Origin: Opitutales bacterium
Lineage (GTDB): Bacteria; Verrucomicrobiota; Verrucomicrobiia; Opitutales; Coraliomargaritaceae
Reading direction: 5' to 3'
Length of the DNA stretch: 64,000 nucleotides
Assembly: GCA_046540835.1 (NCBI GenBank)
Contig: JBKHEL010000002.1
Location: 1,723 to 65,722 of the forward strand
Part shown: positions 9,061 to 22,372 of the stretch, in pieces
Layout of the letters: every line of letters starts with the position of its first letter
Position numbering within the stretch: the stretch's first letter is position 1
Translations under genes and position numbers: made by a program
Notes under the pieces: generated by a model
The model's input: the letters and a program-made list of their open reading frames with translations, nothing else
Database searches by the model: none
Told to the model about the DNA's origin: nothing

Positions 9061-10807
9061 GGTCTTGGGCGGTTTTGGATTGTTTGTCGAAAAGACTTTT
9101 GTAGAGGGCACAGCCAGCGATCAACTCTGAATGTGTGCCGGCGGCGATGATCCGCCCGGCCTCGAAGACGAAAATCCGGTCAGCGTGCTGAATGGTGCTG
9201 AAGCGGTGGGCGATGGTCAGCACGGTGCGCCCCTTGGCGAGGGCGGCCAGGGCAATTTGAATATGGTGCTCACTCTCGGCATCGAGGGCCGAAGTTGGCT
9301 CGTCGAGGATGATGACCGGTGCGTCCTTGAGAAAGGCCCGGGCGATCGAGATGCGCTGGCGTTGCCCTCCGGAGAGCCGTGATCCGCGCTCACCCACCTG
9401 AGCCGAATAGCCTCCCTCCAATTCGTGAATGAAGCGGTCCGCCTGCGCTTGACGCGCGGCCGCCTCGACCTCCGCGTCGGTGGCGTCCGGTTTGCTCAAG
9501 CGGATATTATTGGCGATGGAGTCGTCGAACAGGATAGCCTCCTGGGAGACCAGGGCGACTTGCGCGCGAAGGTCCCGCTTGCGAAGCTCCCGGACATCGA
9601 TCCCATCGAGTGTGATGCGTCCGGAGGTGGCGTCATAGAAACGGGGCACCAGATTCGCAAAAGTCGATTTACCGGCTCCGCTGGGGCCGACGAGTGCGAC
9701 CGACTGGCCCGAGGGGATGTGCACGTTGATCTCCTGCAGCACGGGGATCTTCGGATCGTAGGCGAAGGCCACCTGTTCGAAATTGATTTCACCCCGGCGC
9801 GTGGCCAGCTCCCGGGGCTCAGTCGGCTCCGGGACGCTGTCCCGCGTGTGCAGGATATATTCGAGGCGATTCAGTGAGGCCTCGGCCCGGCGCAGGACAT
9901 TCGAGACCGCACCGAGTTTTTTGACCGGTTCGTAGCACATGTAAAGTGCGGTCAGAATCGAGGCGATGACCTCCGGTTGAACTTCCTTGACCACGGCGGT
10001 GTAGATCGCGAGCGGGATGACTGTAGCGGTGACCACCTCGATGATCGGGGTGAGCGCCTTGTCGTATTTCACCGTCTTCATCTGAAAACGGAAAAATGCG
10101 CGGCAAGCATCGGCGAAGCGCTCGTTCTCGCGGGACTCGAGGTTGTAGGCGCGCACTTCGCGGGCTGCCCCCAGGTTTTCGTTCAATACGCTGTTAACGC
10201 GGCCGGCCTCCTGTTGGGCAAGCGTCGCTTTTTTCAAAATCTTTTTTCCGATCCAGCGGATTGGCAGCACACAGCAGGGCACTGAGGCGAGCGCGATCAG
10301 CATGAAAATGGCCTGCTGCGACTCAAATGAGATATAGATGAGAAAACCGATCGCGCTGAGGAGCGTGATCGGTTCTTTGATCAAGCTGTTGACCGAGCGG
10401 ATAATCGCCGACTGGAGCTGCGCGGTATCGCCGCTCACACGGCTCATCAGGTCGCCGGTTTGATTCTGCTGGAAGAAGGCCAGTGGCAGTTGTTGCAGGT
10501 GGGCAAACACTTTGAGCCGAATTTGTTCTAAAACGTGCATCCCGCAGTAGCTCATGTAGTAAGCGTTGAGGAAGCTGCCTCCCGCGCGCAGGAGGAAGAC
10601 TGCGGGGATGGAGAGAAGAATGCCTAAAAGCATCCAGCCCTCCGGCGCATTCGGTTCGGTGACCAGGGGCACCAGGACCTTGATGACGAATGGCAGACCC
10701 GCACCGGAAGCTGACGCAGCAACTGCACCAGCTAACAGGCCGATAGCAAACTTGACGCGGACCGTTTTAAGGTAGGCAAAGTAGGGCTTGAAGCGCTGGA
10801 GGAGCAT
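9053..10807 (-). CDS. MsbA-like ABC exporter (TMD + NBD)
   Basis: N-terminal TM helices, [40 protein letters not shown]; 584 aa. Confidence 0.9.
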   Translation of the reverse strand: MLLQRFKPYFAYLKTVRVKFAIGLLAGAVAASASGAGLPFVIKVLVPLVTEPNAPEGWMLLGILLSIPAVFLLRAGGSFLNAYYMSYCGMHVLEQIRLKVFAHLQQLPLAFFQQNQTGDLMSRVSGDTAQLQSAIIRSVNSLIKEPITLLSAIGFLIYISFESQQAIFMLIALASVPCCVLPIRWIGKKILKKATLAQQEAGRVNSVLNENLGAAREVRAYNLESRENERFADACRAFFRFQMKTVKYDKALTPIIEVVTATVIPLAIYTAVVKEVQPEVIASILTALYMCYEPVKKLGAVSNVLRRAEASLNRLEYILHTRDSVPEPTEPRELATRRGEINFEQVAFAYDPKIPVLQEINVHIPSGQSVALVGPSGAGKSTFANLVPRFYDATSGRITLDGIDVRELRKRDLRAQVALVSQEAILFDDSIANNIRLSKPDATDAEVEAAARQAQADRFIHELEGGYSAQVGERGSRLSGGQRQRISIARAFLKDAPVIILDEPTSALDAESEHHIQIALAALAKGRTVLTIAHRFSTIQHADRIFVFEAGRIIAAGTHSELIAGCALYKSLFDKQSKTAQDHA

Positions 10808-10980
10808 AGGTGGTATGGGACGGGCGCAGCAGTCAAACGGCTTCAGATCTTCTTTGACAAGCTTTTACGCGGAGCGAATTTGAAGTTGCGCGCCATCGAA
10901 AGCTTCTTAGTTTACCGACAGTCCAGAAATTCCATATAGTGCTACGAACCCCACGAACCCCACCAAAAAAGGCGACACCC

Positions 10981-11349
10981 ATGAAAACCTTGAAAATAAT
11001 CCTCCCCGCTCTGCTTCTGCTTTCCGGTTCTCTTGCATTCTCAGAAGGTAAAGGCAAGCCCGATTGGGCCGAACAGGCGGCTCGATCCTACGAGAAAAAA
11101 GCGGCGCACGCGTCCGCTCAGGGCCGATCTGAAAATGCGGCGATCTATAAGCGGATGGCGCAAATTAAGCGCGAAGCCGCCTCGAACAAGGGGAAAGATT
11201 TTGACTGGTCCGAATACCATAAACTCAAAGGCCAGCTTGATCACGGGAAAAAGCAGAAGCACGCGAAGGATAAGAAGCACGCGAAGGACAAGAAATCGAA
11301 GAAATACGAGAAGCAGAAGGATTATAAAAAATCCGAGAAAGCTTATTGA
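10981..11349 (+). CDS. Small exported lysine-rich protein
   Basis: Signal peptide MKTLKIILPALLLLSGSLAFS; very basic C-terminal tail. Confidence 0.75.
   Translation: MKTLKIILPALLLLSGSLAFSEGKGKPDWAEQAARSYEKKAAHASAQGRSENAAIYKRMAQIKREAASNKGKDFDWSEYHKLKGQLDHGKKQKHAKDKKHAKDKKSKKYEKQKDYKKSEKAY
11257..11292 (+). repeat. 18-bp tandem duplication (KHAKDK x2)
   Basis: aagcacgcgaaggataag / aagcacgcgaaggacaag, one mismatch. Confidence 0.85.
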
Positions 11350-11498
11350 TTCATTGATGATACGGATGTGTTCCGCATAGGGGGGATATGGAATTCCAGG
11401 GCATTCACTTTTTGCTGGAAAGGTCGTTGAGAAATGTTTTGTCTTCGAGAGGTCGAACCGACCAAACTAATCCTACTGACAAACAATCGAATCATAAG

Positions 11499-11801
11499 AT
11501 GACTGAAGAAAATGCTCCCCAACCTGCTCCGGCCCCGTCACCTGTTGGCAAACCCGCTGGCGCCGATAAAAAAATCCTCGCCGGTATTCTCGGAATCGTC
11601 CTCGGTGCCCTGGGCATTCACAAATTTGTTCTCGGTTACACTAAAGAAGGCGTGATCATGCTTCTGGTTTCCATTTTGACGCTTGGGCTGTTTGCCTGGG
11701 TCATGGGCCTGATCGGCCTGGTTGAGGGGATCATGTATCTGACCAAGTCGGACGAGGAATTCGTCGCCACCTACATCGACGGCAAAAAGGGTTGGTTTTA
11801 A
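11499..11801 (+). CDS. TM2-domain membrane protein
   Basis: KKILAGILGIVLGALGIHKFVLGY..EG..LL and C-terminal EGIMYLTKSDEEF..Y....KGWF. Confidence 0.85.
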   Translation: MTEENAPQPAPAPSPVGKPAGADKKILAGILGIVLGALGIHKFVLGYTKEGVIMLLVSILTLGLFAWVMGLIGLVEGIMYLTKSDEEFVATYIDGKKGWF

Positions 11802-11830
11802 ATCGAGCTGCCGCGCAAGAATAATCTTTC

Positions 11831-11855
11831 AGCCGCCCTCCGGGGCGGCTTTTTT
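11831..11855 (+). terminator. Terminator-like hairpin abutting the nth start codon
   Basis: agccgccc-tccg-gggcggct followed by T-run directly before the ATG at 11856. Confidence 0.7.
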
Positions 11856-12515
11856 ATGCCCATGACAAAAAGTGAGCGTGCAGCCTATGTTCTGAAGCGG
11901 TTGGGGGAGTTGTATCCGGACCCGCCGGTGCCTCTGGCGCACAAGGATCCCTATACCCTGTTGATCGCTGTGCTGCTATCAGCGCAGTGCACGGACGAGC
12001 GGGTCAACAAGGTCACGCCTCTGCTCTTTGCCCGGGCCGACAATCCCGCAGACATGGCTCAAGTTCCGGTTGAGGAGATCCGCGCGATCATACGGCCCTG
12101 CGGACTCGCGCCAATGAAGTCGAAAGGCATCGCCGGGCTCTCGCGGATTTTGCTCGATGTTCACGGGGGGCAAGTCCCTGCAGACATGCAGGCGCTCGAA
12201 GCGCTGCCCGGGGTGGGGCACAAGACCGCCTCGGTCGTGATGGCCCAGGCTTTTGGCCGACCGGCCTTTCCGGTCGATACCCACATCCACCGTCTGGCGC
12301 AGCGCTGGGGACTTTCAAATGGGCACAGCGTCGTGCAGACGGAGCGCGATTTGAAGCGGCTCTTCCCGGAGGAAAGTTGGAATGACCTGCATCTGCAGAT
12401 CATCTACTATGGGCGCGAGCATTGCTCGGCCCGCGGCTGCGACGGGCGGGTGTGTGAAATTTGCCGGGCGCTCTTCCCCGAGCGTAAGCGGGCCAAGCGC
12501 CTGAAAAAGGCCTGA
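11856..12515 (+). CDS. nth: Endonuclease III
   Basis: LIAVLLSAQCTDERVN, HhH LPGVGHKTA (catalytic Lys), PVDTH (catalytic Asp); alternative start 11862. Confidence 0.93.
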   Translation: MPMTKSERAAYVLKRLGELYPDPPVPLAHKDPYTLLIAVLLSAQCTDERVNKVTPLLFARADNPADMAQVPVEEIRAIIRPCGLAPMKSKGIAGLSRILLDVHGGQVPADMQALEALPGVGHKTASVVMAQAFGRPAFPVDTHIHRLAQRWGLSNGHSVVQTERDLKRLFPEESWNDLHLQIIYYGREHCSARGCDGRVCEICRALFPERKRAKRLKKA

Positions 12516-12824
12516 TGCTGCTGCCCTTTTCGTCGCATGCGCCGAGCCCTCTTGGGTTCAACCATTTGATTGTTTGGGCTCTGTCCGGTCGAGCAGAATG
12601 CCCGGCTTGCATCCGGGTGAAACCAGAGCATGGAATCCGGTGACTGAGAAGCAGGGTGTGTCATTTTGGCGCTATTCTTTTGCTCTGACTCAATCCCTTC
12701 GCCCAAGGACTGGCCGATTTAGGGCGGTTTGATTTATAAAATACTTTATATTAAATGTTTATGTTTAATCTGAGATTAGTTTGATGACGCCGCATTTGGG
12801 AATGCTCTATGCAGGGGTAAAGGT

Positions 12825-15440
<2,616 letters not shown>

Positions 15441-15499
15441 GTGCAAAAAATATGAAAAGGGAGACTTGTTTCGCTGCCTCAGCCTTGTAGGCTGCGGGG

Positions 15500-17440
15500 A
15501 TGAAGTGGATCAGCCCGGCCCTCGCCCTCATTTCCGGACTCCTGCTGGGCGCCTTGTTTTTTGGTGCCTCGCCGGAAGAAGAGGCCGAAAGGGCCCATGC
15601 AGCGGAGGATGCCGAGCAATCGTCAGTGACCGCCTCCGGTGCTCCTGTTGCGGAGTCCGGTTCGGCAGGGGCACCGGCCATCCGAGGCGAAAGCGAAGCG
15701 ATCAGCGAGTCCTGGCTGCGGTCGCTGGAAGGTTTGAATTCCTTCGACCGGATCGGGGCGCTGCATGCACGCTTGCGCGAGGTCTCGCCCGACCAGTTCG
15801 AGACGCTGATGGAAGAACTCGGCGAGATCGGCAGCAGCCCGGCCTCCTGGCAGAGCCGCTCGATGATTGCGGCCCGCTGGGCGGAGTCGGACCCGGAAGG
15901 GTTGGCACACTACATCCAGTCCCAACCACGGAACCAGCGCTGGGGCTTGCGCAGCACCCTATATTCAGTTTGGGCAAAAAGTGATCCGGATGCGGCCTTG
16001 CGCTCGGCTGATGGACTGCCCTTTGATGAAAGACGAAATGCCGTCAGTGCGATTGCCGGGGTGCTCGTTGAGCGCGCTCCGGATCGGGCACTGGCTCTGC
16101 TGGAGGAACACGCAGTCGGTTCGAGAAACCAGCATTGGTCCTATCGGAGCCTGTTTCAGAAGTGGGCACGCAGCGACCCCGATGGCGCACTTGCCGGGGC
16201 CTACCAACTGGAGGACAAACAGGCGCGCTCCGCTGCCCTGATCGGGGTGATTGCCGATTTGGCGGAAGACGATCCCCGGGCGGCGATCGAGTGGCTCGAT
16301 GGGCAGGAGTCCGGCGAACTGATCTCTCAGACCAAGGGGAATCTGCTCAATCAGATTTTGCATGAGGACAAAGACGCGGTCATGCGCTACATCGAATCCC
16401 GGGGAGATCCTGCGGAAGTTCGTAATATCCTGCAGCAACTCCAGTTCAGTCAACTGGGCGTGGAAGCGGATTTTAACGAGATTCAATCGGTGATGAATTG
16501 GCTGGGCACGGTGGCGACAGGGCAGACGCTCTCGAATAAAGTGGGCGACATCGTCAAAGCGATGGTCCAGGCCGATCCGGAGCGTGCCCGCAGCTATGTC
16601 GATGGGATGGACCCCGGCGCGGCGCGGCTGCAGGCGATCAATGCGGTGGCCCATTCACTGGTGCGCGAGGACCCGGCTGCGGCGATAGATTTCTTCAACT
16701 CGCTGGATTTCAAAGATGAGCGGCGGCGGGCGCTTTCGGGGCTCAGTTGGCAGCTGGTGCAAAACAATCCCGAGCTGGCGAAAGAATTTATGCTGACAAG
16801 TGAGGATCCGCTGGTGCAGCGTACGTTCTCGCATCAATTGGCCCGGTCGCTCGCCGAGCAGGACCGCGATTCGGCCCTCGACTGGGCGGGGCAGATCAAG
16901 GATTCATCCGCGCGCGAAAATGCGCTGCGCAATATCGTATCGGACTGGGTTGTCGGGGATCCGCAGGCCGCTTTTGATTATATTGGGGGCCTGGAAGAGG
17001 AAAATACATTGTCGCTGTATCAAAATGCGCTCAACAATTTCGTCCGCGAGGATCCGGCTGAGGCTGTGCTCTGGCTGGAGCAGCTCAGCGGCGACGGGGT
17101 CTTGAGTGATCAGGCGGCCCGCAGCTACCAGCAGGCAGCCAATGCCTATGTGCGGCACGATCCGATGGCGGCTTCCGAGTGGATTGCCTCTCTGGAGGCA
17201 GGGGAGAATCGCGACGGTGCGGTCAGCAGCCTGGTGCAGCAGATTCAACAGGACGATCCGGAGGCCGGGTTCCGGTGGGCGGCCACCATGGACGATGCGA
17301 ATCAGCGTGGCCGGAGTCTGGAACAGAGCGTGCGCACCTGGGCTGAGATCGATCCGGCAGGAGCCCGCGAGGCGATAGAGGGGGTTCAGATTGAGGCTGC
17401 GGAAAAGGAAAAACTCTTCGATCTGCTTCCGGACGGGTAG
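15500..17440 (+). CDS. Membrane-anchored or exported helical-repeat protein, 646 aa
   Basis: N-terminal hydrophobic segment; about 14 imperfect repeats centred on (W/L)xxxDPxxAxx(W/F/Y). Confidence 0.8.
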   Translation: MKWISPALALISGLLLGALFFGASPEEEAERAHAAEDAEQSSVTASGAPVAESGSAGAPAIRGESEAISESWLRSLEGLNSFDRIGALHARLREVSPDQFETLMEELGEIGSSPASWQSRSMIAARWAESDPEGLAHYIQSQPRNQRWGLRSTLYSVWAKSDPDAALRSADGLPFDERRNAVSAIAGVLVERAPDRALALLEEHAVGSRNQHWSYRSLFQKWARSDPDGALAGAYQLEDKQARSAALIGVIADLAEDDPRAAIEWLDGQESGELISQTKGNLLNQILHEDKDAVMRYIESRGDPAEVRNILQQLQFSQLGVEADFNEIQSVMNWLGTVATGQTLSNKVGDIVKAMVQADPERARSYVDGMDPGAARLQAINAVAHSLVREDPAAAIDFFNSLDFKDERRRALSGLSWQLVQNNPELAKEFMLTSEDPLVQRTFSHQLARSLAEQDRDSALDWAGQIKDSSARENALRNIVSDWVVGDPQAAFDYIGGLEEENTLSLYQNALNNFVREDPAEAVLWLEQLSGDGVLSDQAARSYQQAANAYVRHDPMAASEWIASLEAGENRDGAVSSLVQQIQQDDPEAGFRWAATMDDANQRGRSLEQSVRTWAEIDPAGAREAIEGVQIEAAEKEKLFDLLPDG

Positions 17441-17463
17441 TTTGCTGCGGGGTCCAGTCCGGA

Positions 17464-19113
17464 TCAATTCACATATTTCTGAACGATGGGGATCCGGCGC
17501 CCCACACCGAAGGCGAGGGGGGTCGTCTTCAGGCCGGGGGCCGCCTGCTTGCGCTTGTATTCGTTCAGGTCGACCTTGCGGACGATGTCGTCGACCACGG
17601 CGCGATCATAGCCTTTTTCAGCGATTTCGGCTCGGGAGAGGCCTTCTTCGACATAGAGCCGGAGGATGGCATCCAGCACGGGGTAGGGCGGCAGCGAGTC
17701 CTCGTCCTTCTGGTCGGGCCGCAGTTCCGCAGAGGGGGCCTTTTCGATGGTGTTGACGGGGATGCGTTCGTGACCGGCGGCGCTGTTAATGTGGCGCGCG
17801 AGCGCGTAGACCTTCATCTTTGGCAGGTCGGAAATCACGGCCAGGCCGCCGGCCATGTCGCCGTAGAGGGTGCAGTAGCCGACGGAGATCTCGCTTTTGT
17901 TGCCGGTGGTGAGCAGCAGGGCACCAAATTTGTTGGACAGCGCCATAAGCAGCAAGCCGCGGGCGCGGGCCTGAATGTTTTCCTCCGTGACGTCTGCAGC
18001 GCGGTCGCCGAAGAGCGGCTTGAGCGCAGACTCCGCCGCGTCGACGACGCCGGCAATCGCCACTTCATGGTATTCGATGCCGAGGTTGACCGCAAGCGCG
18101 GCTGCATCATCGCGGCTGTGCTGGCTGGATATGGCCGAGGGCAGAGCGATGCCGATGACGTTTTCCGGCCCGAATGCTTCCGCAGCCAAGGCGGCAACGA
18201 CGGCCGAGTCGATGCCACCGGAGAGCCCGATCAGGGCCTTGGTGAAGCCGCTTTTGTGCGCGTAGTCACGCAGCCCCAGCACGAGGGCGCGCTGCGTGGC
18301 TTCGTTGCCCTTGAGGTTGAAGTGGCTGGAGAAGTGGCGGGGCCCGGCCTCCAGGTCGATCACCTGGCTTGCTTCTTCGAAGGCGCTGAGCCCGGCGATC
18401 AGCCCTGCTTGTGGATCGGTGATCAGGCTCCCGCCGTCGAAGATGAGCTCGTCGTTTCCGCCGACCGCATTGCAGTAAACAACCGGGCAGTTGCAGCGTT
18501 CGGCAGCGTGTTGGACCAGGGGCTCACGGGCCTCGTTTTTCCCCTCGTGCCAGGGGCTTGCGGATAGATTGATGAGCAGGTCGATACCCCGCGCGGCGAG
18601 ATCCGCCACCGGATCGTCGCAGTAGCGGCGGCTTGTTGGAACCGCGCTGTGATTCCAGATATCCTCGCAGATGGTGATGCCGATTCGCTTGCCCCGCCAC
18701 TCGACCGTGGCCGGTCCGGCTGCCGGCTCAAAATAGCGCTCTTCGTCGAAGACATCATAGTTCGGGAGCAGTGATTTGCGGGCAATCTGCTGGACTTCAC
18801 CATCAAGGCACCAGGCTGCGGAGTTGTGGTAGAGTCGGCCCGGCAGGCCCGGTTCGCGCCTCTCGGCGAAGCCGATGAGCGCCGGCACCGCATGCACCTC
18901 GCCGGCAATCTCCCGGAGGCAGGCCGCTATGTCGGCGACGAAACGGCTCTTGAAAAGCAGATCGCGGGGTGGATAGCCGCAGACCGCAAGCTCGGGGAAG
19001 ACAATCAAGTCGGCTCCGTCTTCGACCAACTGATGATAGGCCCGCAGGATGCGTGCTTTGTTTCCGCTGAGGTCGCCGACAGTGGTGTTGATTTGAGCCA
19101 GACCGATTTTCAT
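17464..19113 (-). CDS. nadE: Glutamine-dependent NAD+ synthetase
   Basis: Nitrilase-fold domain ([23 protein letters not shown]) + synthetase [34 protein letters not shown]. Confidence 0.96.
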   Translation of the reverse strand: MKIGLAQINTTVGDLSGNKARILRAYHQLVEDGADLIVFPELAVCGYPPRDLLFKSRFVADIAACLREIAGEVHAVPALIGFAERREPGLPGRLYHNSAAWCLDGEVQQIARKSLLPNYDVFDEERYFEPAAGPATVEWRGKRIGITICEDIWNHSAVPTSRRYCDDPVADLAARGIDLLINLSASPWHEGKNEAREPLVQHAAERCNCPVVYCNAVGGNDELIFDGGSLITDPQAGLIAGLSAFEEASQVIDLEAGPRHFSSHFNLKGNEATQRALVLGLRDYAHKSGFTKALIGLSGGIDSAVVAALAAEAFGPENVIGIALPSAISSQHSRDDAAALAVNLGIEYHEVAIAGVVDAAESALKPLFGDRAADVTEENIQARARGLLLMALSNKFGALLLTTGNKSEISVGYCTLYGDMAGGLAVISDLPKMKVYALARHINSAAGHERIPVNTIEKAPSAELRPDQKDEDSLPPYPVLDAILRLYVEEGLSRAEIAEKGYDRAVVDDIVRKVDLNEYKRKQAAPGLKTTPLAFGVGRRIPIVQKYVN

Positions 19114-19212
19114 ATGGATTGAAACAATTGTTTAGGGAGACTGCTTGCAAAGGGGAACATTCGGCGGATAGTGGCGACGAATGCGTGTTGCGCTTTCAAG
19201 TAACGGATCATC

Positions 19213-20565
19213 ATGCGAAAACTCAAGATTATCAGCCTATTTCTGTTCTTTTCCAAGCTCTGTGGTTTGGCTTGGGCCGAGTTGCCCGAAAATGCCGAGC
19301 GCGCCGAGCCACCAGCAGCCGAACTTGAGCCGATCCGCTTAACCGTGGGGGAAACGATCAAGCGGGTGAAGGAGCAGAATCTGGAGCTGATGATCCAGCG
19401 CGAAGGTGTGCGCCGTGCGCTGGAGCAGACGTATCAGAGACGGGCGGCGCTGCTGCCGCAGTTTGGTCTGCGGGCAGAGCAGACCCGCACACAGGTCGGG
19501 CGTTTCCGGGGCTCGTCGATGGGCTCGCAGTCGCTGTTCAACTCCTTTGGCACGCGCGTGGAGGGTAGCCTGTCGCTGTTTGATGCCGAGCGGTATGCCG
19601 ATTTCCGTATCGCGCAATTGGGGCATGCCATTGAACGGTTTGACTACGAGGTGGCGGTGCAGGATCTCCTCGATCAGGCGATCTTTACTTACTTCACCCA
19701 CCTCAGGGACTTGCGCAGCGTTGAAATCCTTGAGGGGAATCTGGCCAGAGAGGAGCAGTTGCTGGATTTGGCTCAGCAGCAGTTTGATGCCGGCGTGGCG
19801 GTGAAGATCGATGTCACCCGGGCTGAGGTGCGTGTCGCTGCGGCGAAGCGCTCGCTGATGGAGGACCGCACACGGGCAGACGATTCGCTCCTGCGGCTGA
19901 AGACGCTGCTTGATCTTGAGCTCGATCGCCAACTGCGCTTCGAGCGTTCAATCGTCGATGGCATCAAATCGCCCCCGGCCCTGAAGCGTTATGGCCGGAT
20001 GATGGATTTGACCGAGACGCGCCCGGAATTGCTGCGTCAGGAGCGGCAACTGGATCAGGCGCGTCTGGCCAAGCGCGCGGTGACCTGGCAGCGCCTTCCG
20101 CGGATCGAGCTTTTTGCGGACTGGGGTTACGACTCAGCCGAGCCGCTTGACGGCGACGATGAAGAAGCCTGGCTCCTGGGTGTTCGTGCGACGATGCCGA
20201 TCTGGGAAGGCGGGCGCATTTCCGCTGAGCGGCGCGAGGCGCAGGCTGCGGTCCGGCAGAGCTTCCACGCCTCGAAACAGCTCCGCAATGAGATCGAGCG
20301 GGAATTTGAATTTGCGCTGCTGGATATGGAGTCGCGCTACGAGCAAATCGACTTTGCCCGGGACGAAGTGCGATTGGGGGTGGATGAGGTCAGGCAGGCG
20401 CGTGAGCGCTACCGCGAGGGCCTGGCAGACAACCGCGAACTGATTGACGCCCAGCAGAACCTTGCGGATGCCGAGCTCAGTCACCTGCGGGCGATTTATC
20501 GCTATGGGCTCAGTCGGCTTGCTTTCGCGCGTTCGATTGGTGCCGTTGAGCATGTATTGGAATAA
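19213..20565 (+). CDS. TolC-family outer membrane protein
   Basis: Signal peptide; two OEP-like halves ([11 protein letters not shown]; [12 protein letters not shown]); [15 protein letters not shown]. Confidence 0.88.
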   Translation: MRKLKIISLFLFFSKLCGLAWAELPENAERAEPPAAELEPIRLTVGETIKRVKEQNLELMIQREGVRRALEQTYQRRAALLPQFGLRAEQTRTQVGRFRGSSMGSQSLFNSFGTRVEGSLSLFDAERYADFRIAQLGHAIERFDYEVAVQDLLDQAIFTYFTHLRDLRSVEILEGNLAREEQLLDLAQQQFDAGVAVKIDVTRAEVRVAAAKRSLMEDRTRADDSLLRLKTLLDLELDRQLRFERSIVDGIKSPPALKRYGRMMDLTETRPELLRQERQLDQARLAKRAVTWQRLPRIELFADWGYDSAEPLDGDDEEAWLLGVRATMPIWEGGRISAERREAQAAVRQSFHASKQLRNEIEREFEFALLDMESRYEQIDFARDEVRLGVDEVRQARERYREGLADNRELIDAQQNLADAELSHLRAIYRYGLSRLAFARSIGAVEHVLE

Positions 20566-20567
20566 GG

Positions 20568-21173
20568 ATGACAGAGCACCCGCAACGCTTGATCCTGGCC
20601 TCGGCGTCGCCGCGTCGCCGCGAACTCCTTGAGCGGATGGGGCTGGATTTCGAACTGCGCCCCGCAGAGGTGGATGAGGATAATCTGCCCCTTCAGGGGC
20701 CGGCGGCGATGGTTGCGGCCAACGCCTTACTCAAGGCCCGGGCGGTCAGTCGGGAGGTTCCGCAGGCTCTAGTGCTGGGCTCGGATACAACCGTGGCACT
20801 CGATGACGAGGTGCTTAACAAACCGGTCGATCTGGCCGAGGCCCGCTCCATGTTGCAGCGCCTCTGTGGACGCCGCCATGTGGTCTACACAGCAGTCGCC
20901 CTGCTGTGGCAGCAGGGTGGCTTCGAGGATACCTTTGTTGAGGCCAGTGAGGTCCATTTCAAAGCCTTTGACGAGGCGGTAATCGACCGCTATTTTGATG
21001 CAGTTCATCCGCTCGATAAAGCCGGTGCCTATGGCATCCAGCAAGCCAGAGAGTTGATTATCGAACGGGTGGAGGGCTCCGTCGAAAATGTGATGGGGCT
21101 GCCGATCCAGACGCTGGCCCGGAAGCTTGCCGAGCACGGCTTTGATTTTATTCCCCGAGCCGACTTTGCCTGA
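20568..21173 (+). CDS. maf: Maf-family nucleoside triphosphate pyrophosphatase
   Basis: [39 protein letters not shown]. Confidence 0.93.
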   Translation: MTEHPQRLILASASPRRRELLERMGLDFELRPAEVDEDNLPLQGPAAMVAANALLKARAVSREVPQALVLGSDTTVALDDEVLNKPVDLAEARSMLQRLCGRRHVVYTAVALLWQQGGFEDTFVEASEVHFKAFDEAVIDRYFDAVHPLDKAGAYGIQQARELIIERVEGSVENVMGLPIQTLARKLAEHGFDFIPRADFA

Positions 21174-21176
21174 ATC

Positions 21177-22274
21177 ATGGAAGTGATGGCCCCCAATCCT
21201 TTGGAGGAATTTATTGGAGCTCGTCGGAGGCGGACGTTTCTGGCCCTCGCGTTGGCCCTGGTCGTGCACCTTGCGGTGATCCTGATGCTGCCGGAGCGAG
21301 TTCTGCCCGTGCATCGGACGGCGAACAAACAGGCGGAGGTGGTCTACGAGATTGATTTGGTGGAGCCTGAGAACATGCGCTTTGTCGAAGCGAACCCCGA
21401 AGCGCCCGAAAATGAGCCGGACCGGAGCGACCAGTATTCCTACCGCGCACAGCAAGCCGCCGATGAAAGCCCGGAGGCGACGGCCGATAACGCACCGAAA
21501 GTTGCCGGCGAAGAGGACTCTCAAAAGATTCTTCAGGGGCAGCTTGAGCAGGCCCCGCCAGTGCCGCCCGGCGTCTACTCGCCCCAAGCCCAGCCCGGCG
21601 AAGGCGAGGGCAGCGAAGGGGGCGAGGCCGGGGCGCAGACGTCGGCTCAAGTCGAGCCACCACAGCCGCTCCCGCCACCCGATTTCATCGAGCAGAAACC
21701 GGTCAACGAGTCAGGCCCGGGGAGTCGGCTCGAGCAGACTGCCGATGCACCGGAGGAGGTGCCGGAACTCGATCCGAATGCCCCGATTGATGTGTATCGG
21801 CCACCGGATACAGAGCAGGCGCAGGCCGACTCGGGAGATGGTTCGGGCGGTGCACCGGAGGCGCGTCCAACGCCCCGCGCTCGCCCGAGGCTCGCACCGG
21901 AACTGCTCTCCGGCCCGCTCATGCAGTCCAATAGCTCAGCGAGTCGGCGCGGTGAGCTTGCCATCGATGCGACTTTCAGCGAGTTCGGTGAGTATCAGCA
22001 GCAATTCTATGCCGCCGTGCAGGCAGGCTGGTATCAGGAAATCGAGTTTTTCGAGCCGATCGATACAGCCGCTCGGGTCCACGTGCGCTTCCGGATGCAG
22101 GCAGATGGGACCGTGGACCGGATCGAGGCGGTTCAGAGCACCGCAAGCAAATTGGCGACGGTCATTTGCGAGACTGCGATCAGCAAGCGCTCCCCCTTTC
22201 GCCCCTGGACGGAGGAAATGGTGCGGGTCTTTGGTGACGAACGCTGGCTCAACGTGGTCTTTCACTACCGTTGA
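21177..22274 (+). CDS. TonB/TolA-like protein (TM anchor, acidic Pro-rich linker, C-terminal alpha/beta domain)
   Basis: Single N-terminal TM; P/E/Q/A-rich spacer; VHVRFRMQADGTV..I.....S..L....AI....PFRP. Confidence 0.7.
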   Translation: MEVMAPNPLEEFIGARRRRTFLALALALVVHLAVILMLPERVLPVHRTANKQAEVVYEIDLVEPENMRFVEANPEAPENEPDRSDQYSYRAQQAADESPEATADNAPKVAGEEDSQKILQGQLEQAPPVPPGVYSPQAQPGEGEGSEGGEAGAQTSAQVEPPQPLPPPDFIEQKPVNESGPGSRLEQTADAPEEVPELDPNAPIDVYRPPDTEQAQADSGDGSGGAPEARPTPRARPRLAPELLSGPLMQSNSSASRRGELAIDATFSEFGEYQQQFYAAVQAGWYQEIEFFEPIDTAARVHVRFRMQADGTVDRIEAVQSTASKLATVICETAISKRSPFRPWTEEMVRVFGDERWLNVVFHYR

Positions 22275-22372
22275 GCGCCCAACGCGCGTTAAACTACGGA
22301 AACACGGGCTGTTTGCTCGAAACGATTGTGCAAGCAATGATCAACTGGACACCTCAGACAATGGCGGTGCCA

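Noticed and set aside
12516-12824. CIRCE/HrcA box, sigma-54 site or sRNA upstream of clpB
   Set aside because: No TTAGCACTC-N9-GAGTGCTAA. A GG-N10-GC at 12799-12812 lacks the TGGCAC core and would put the TSS on the ATG. Only short, unconvincing hairpins.
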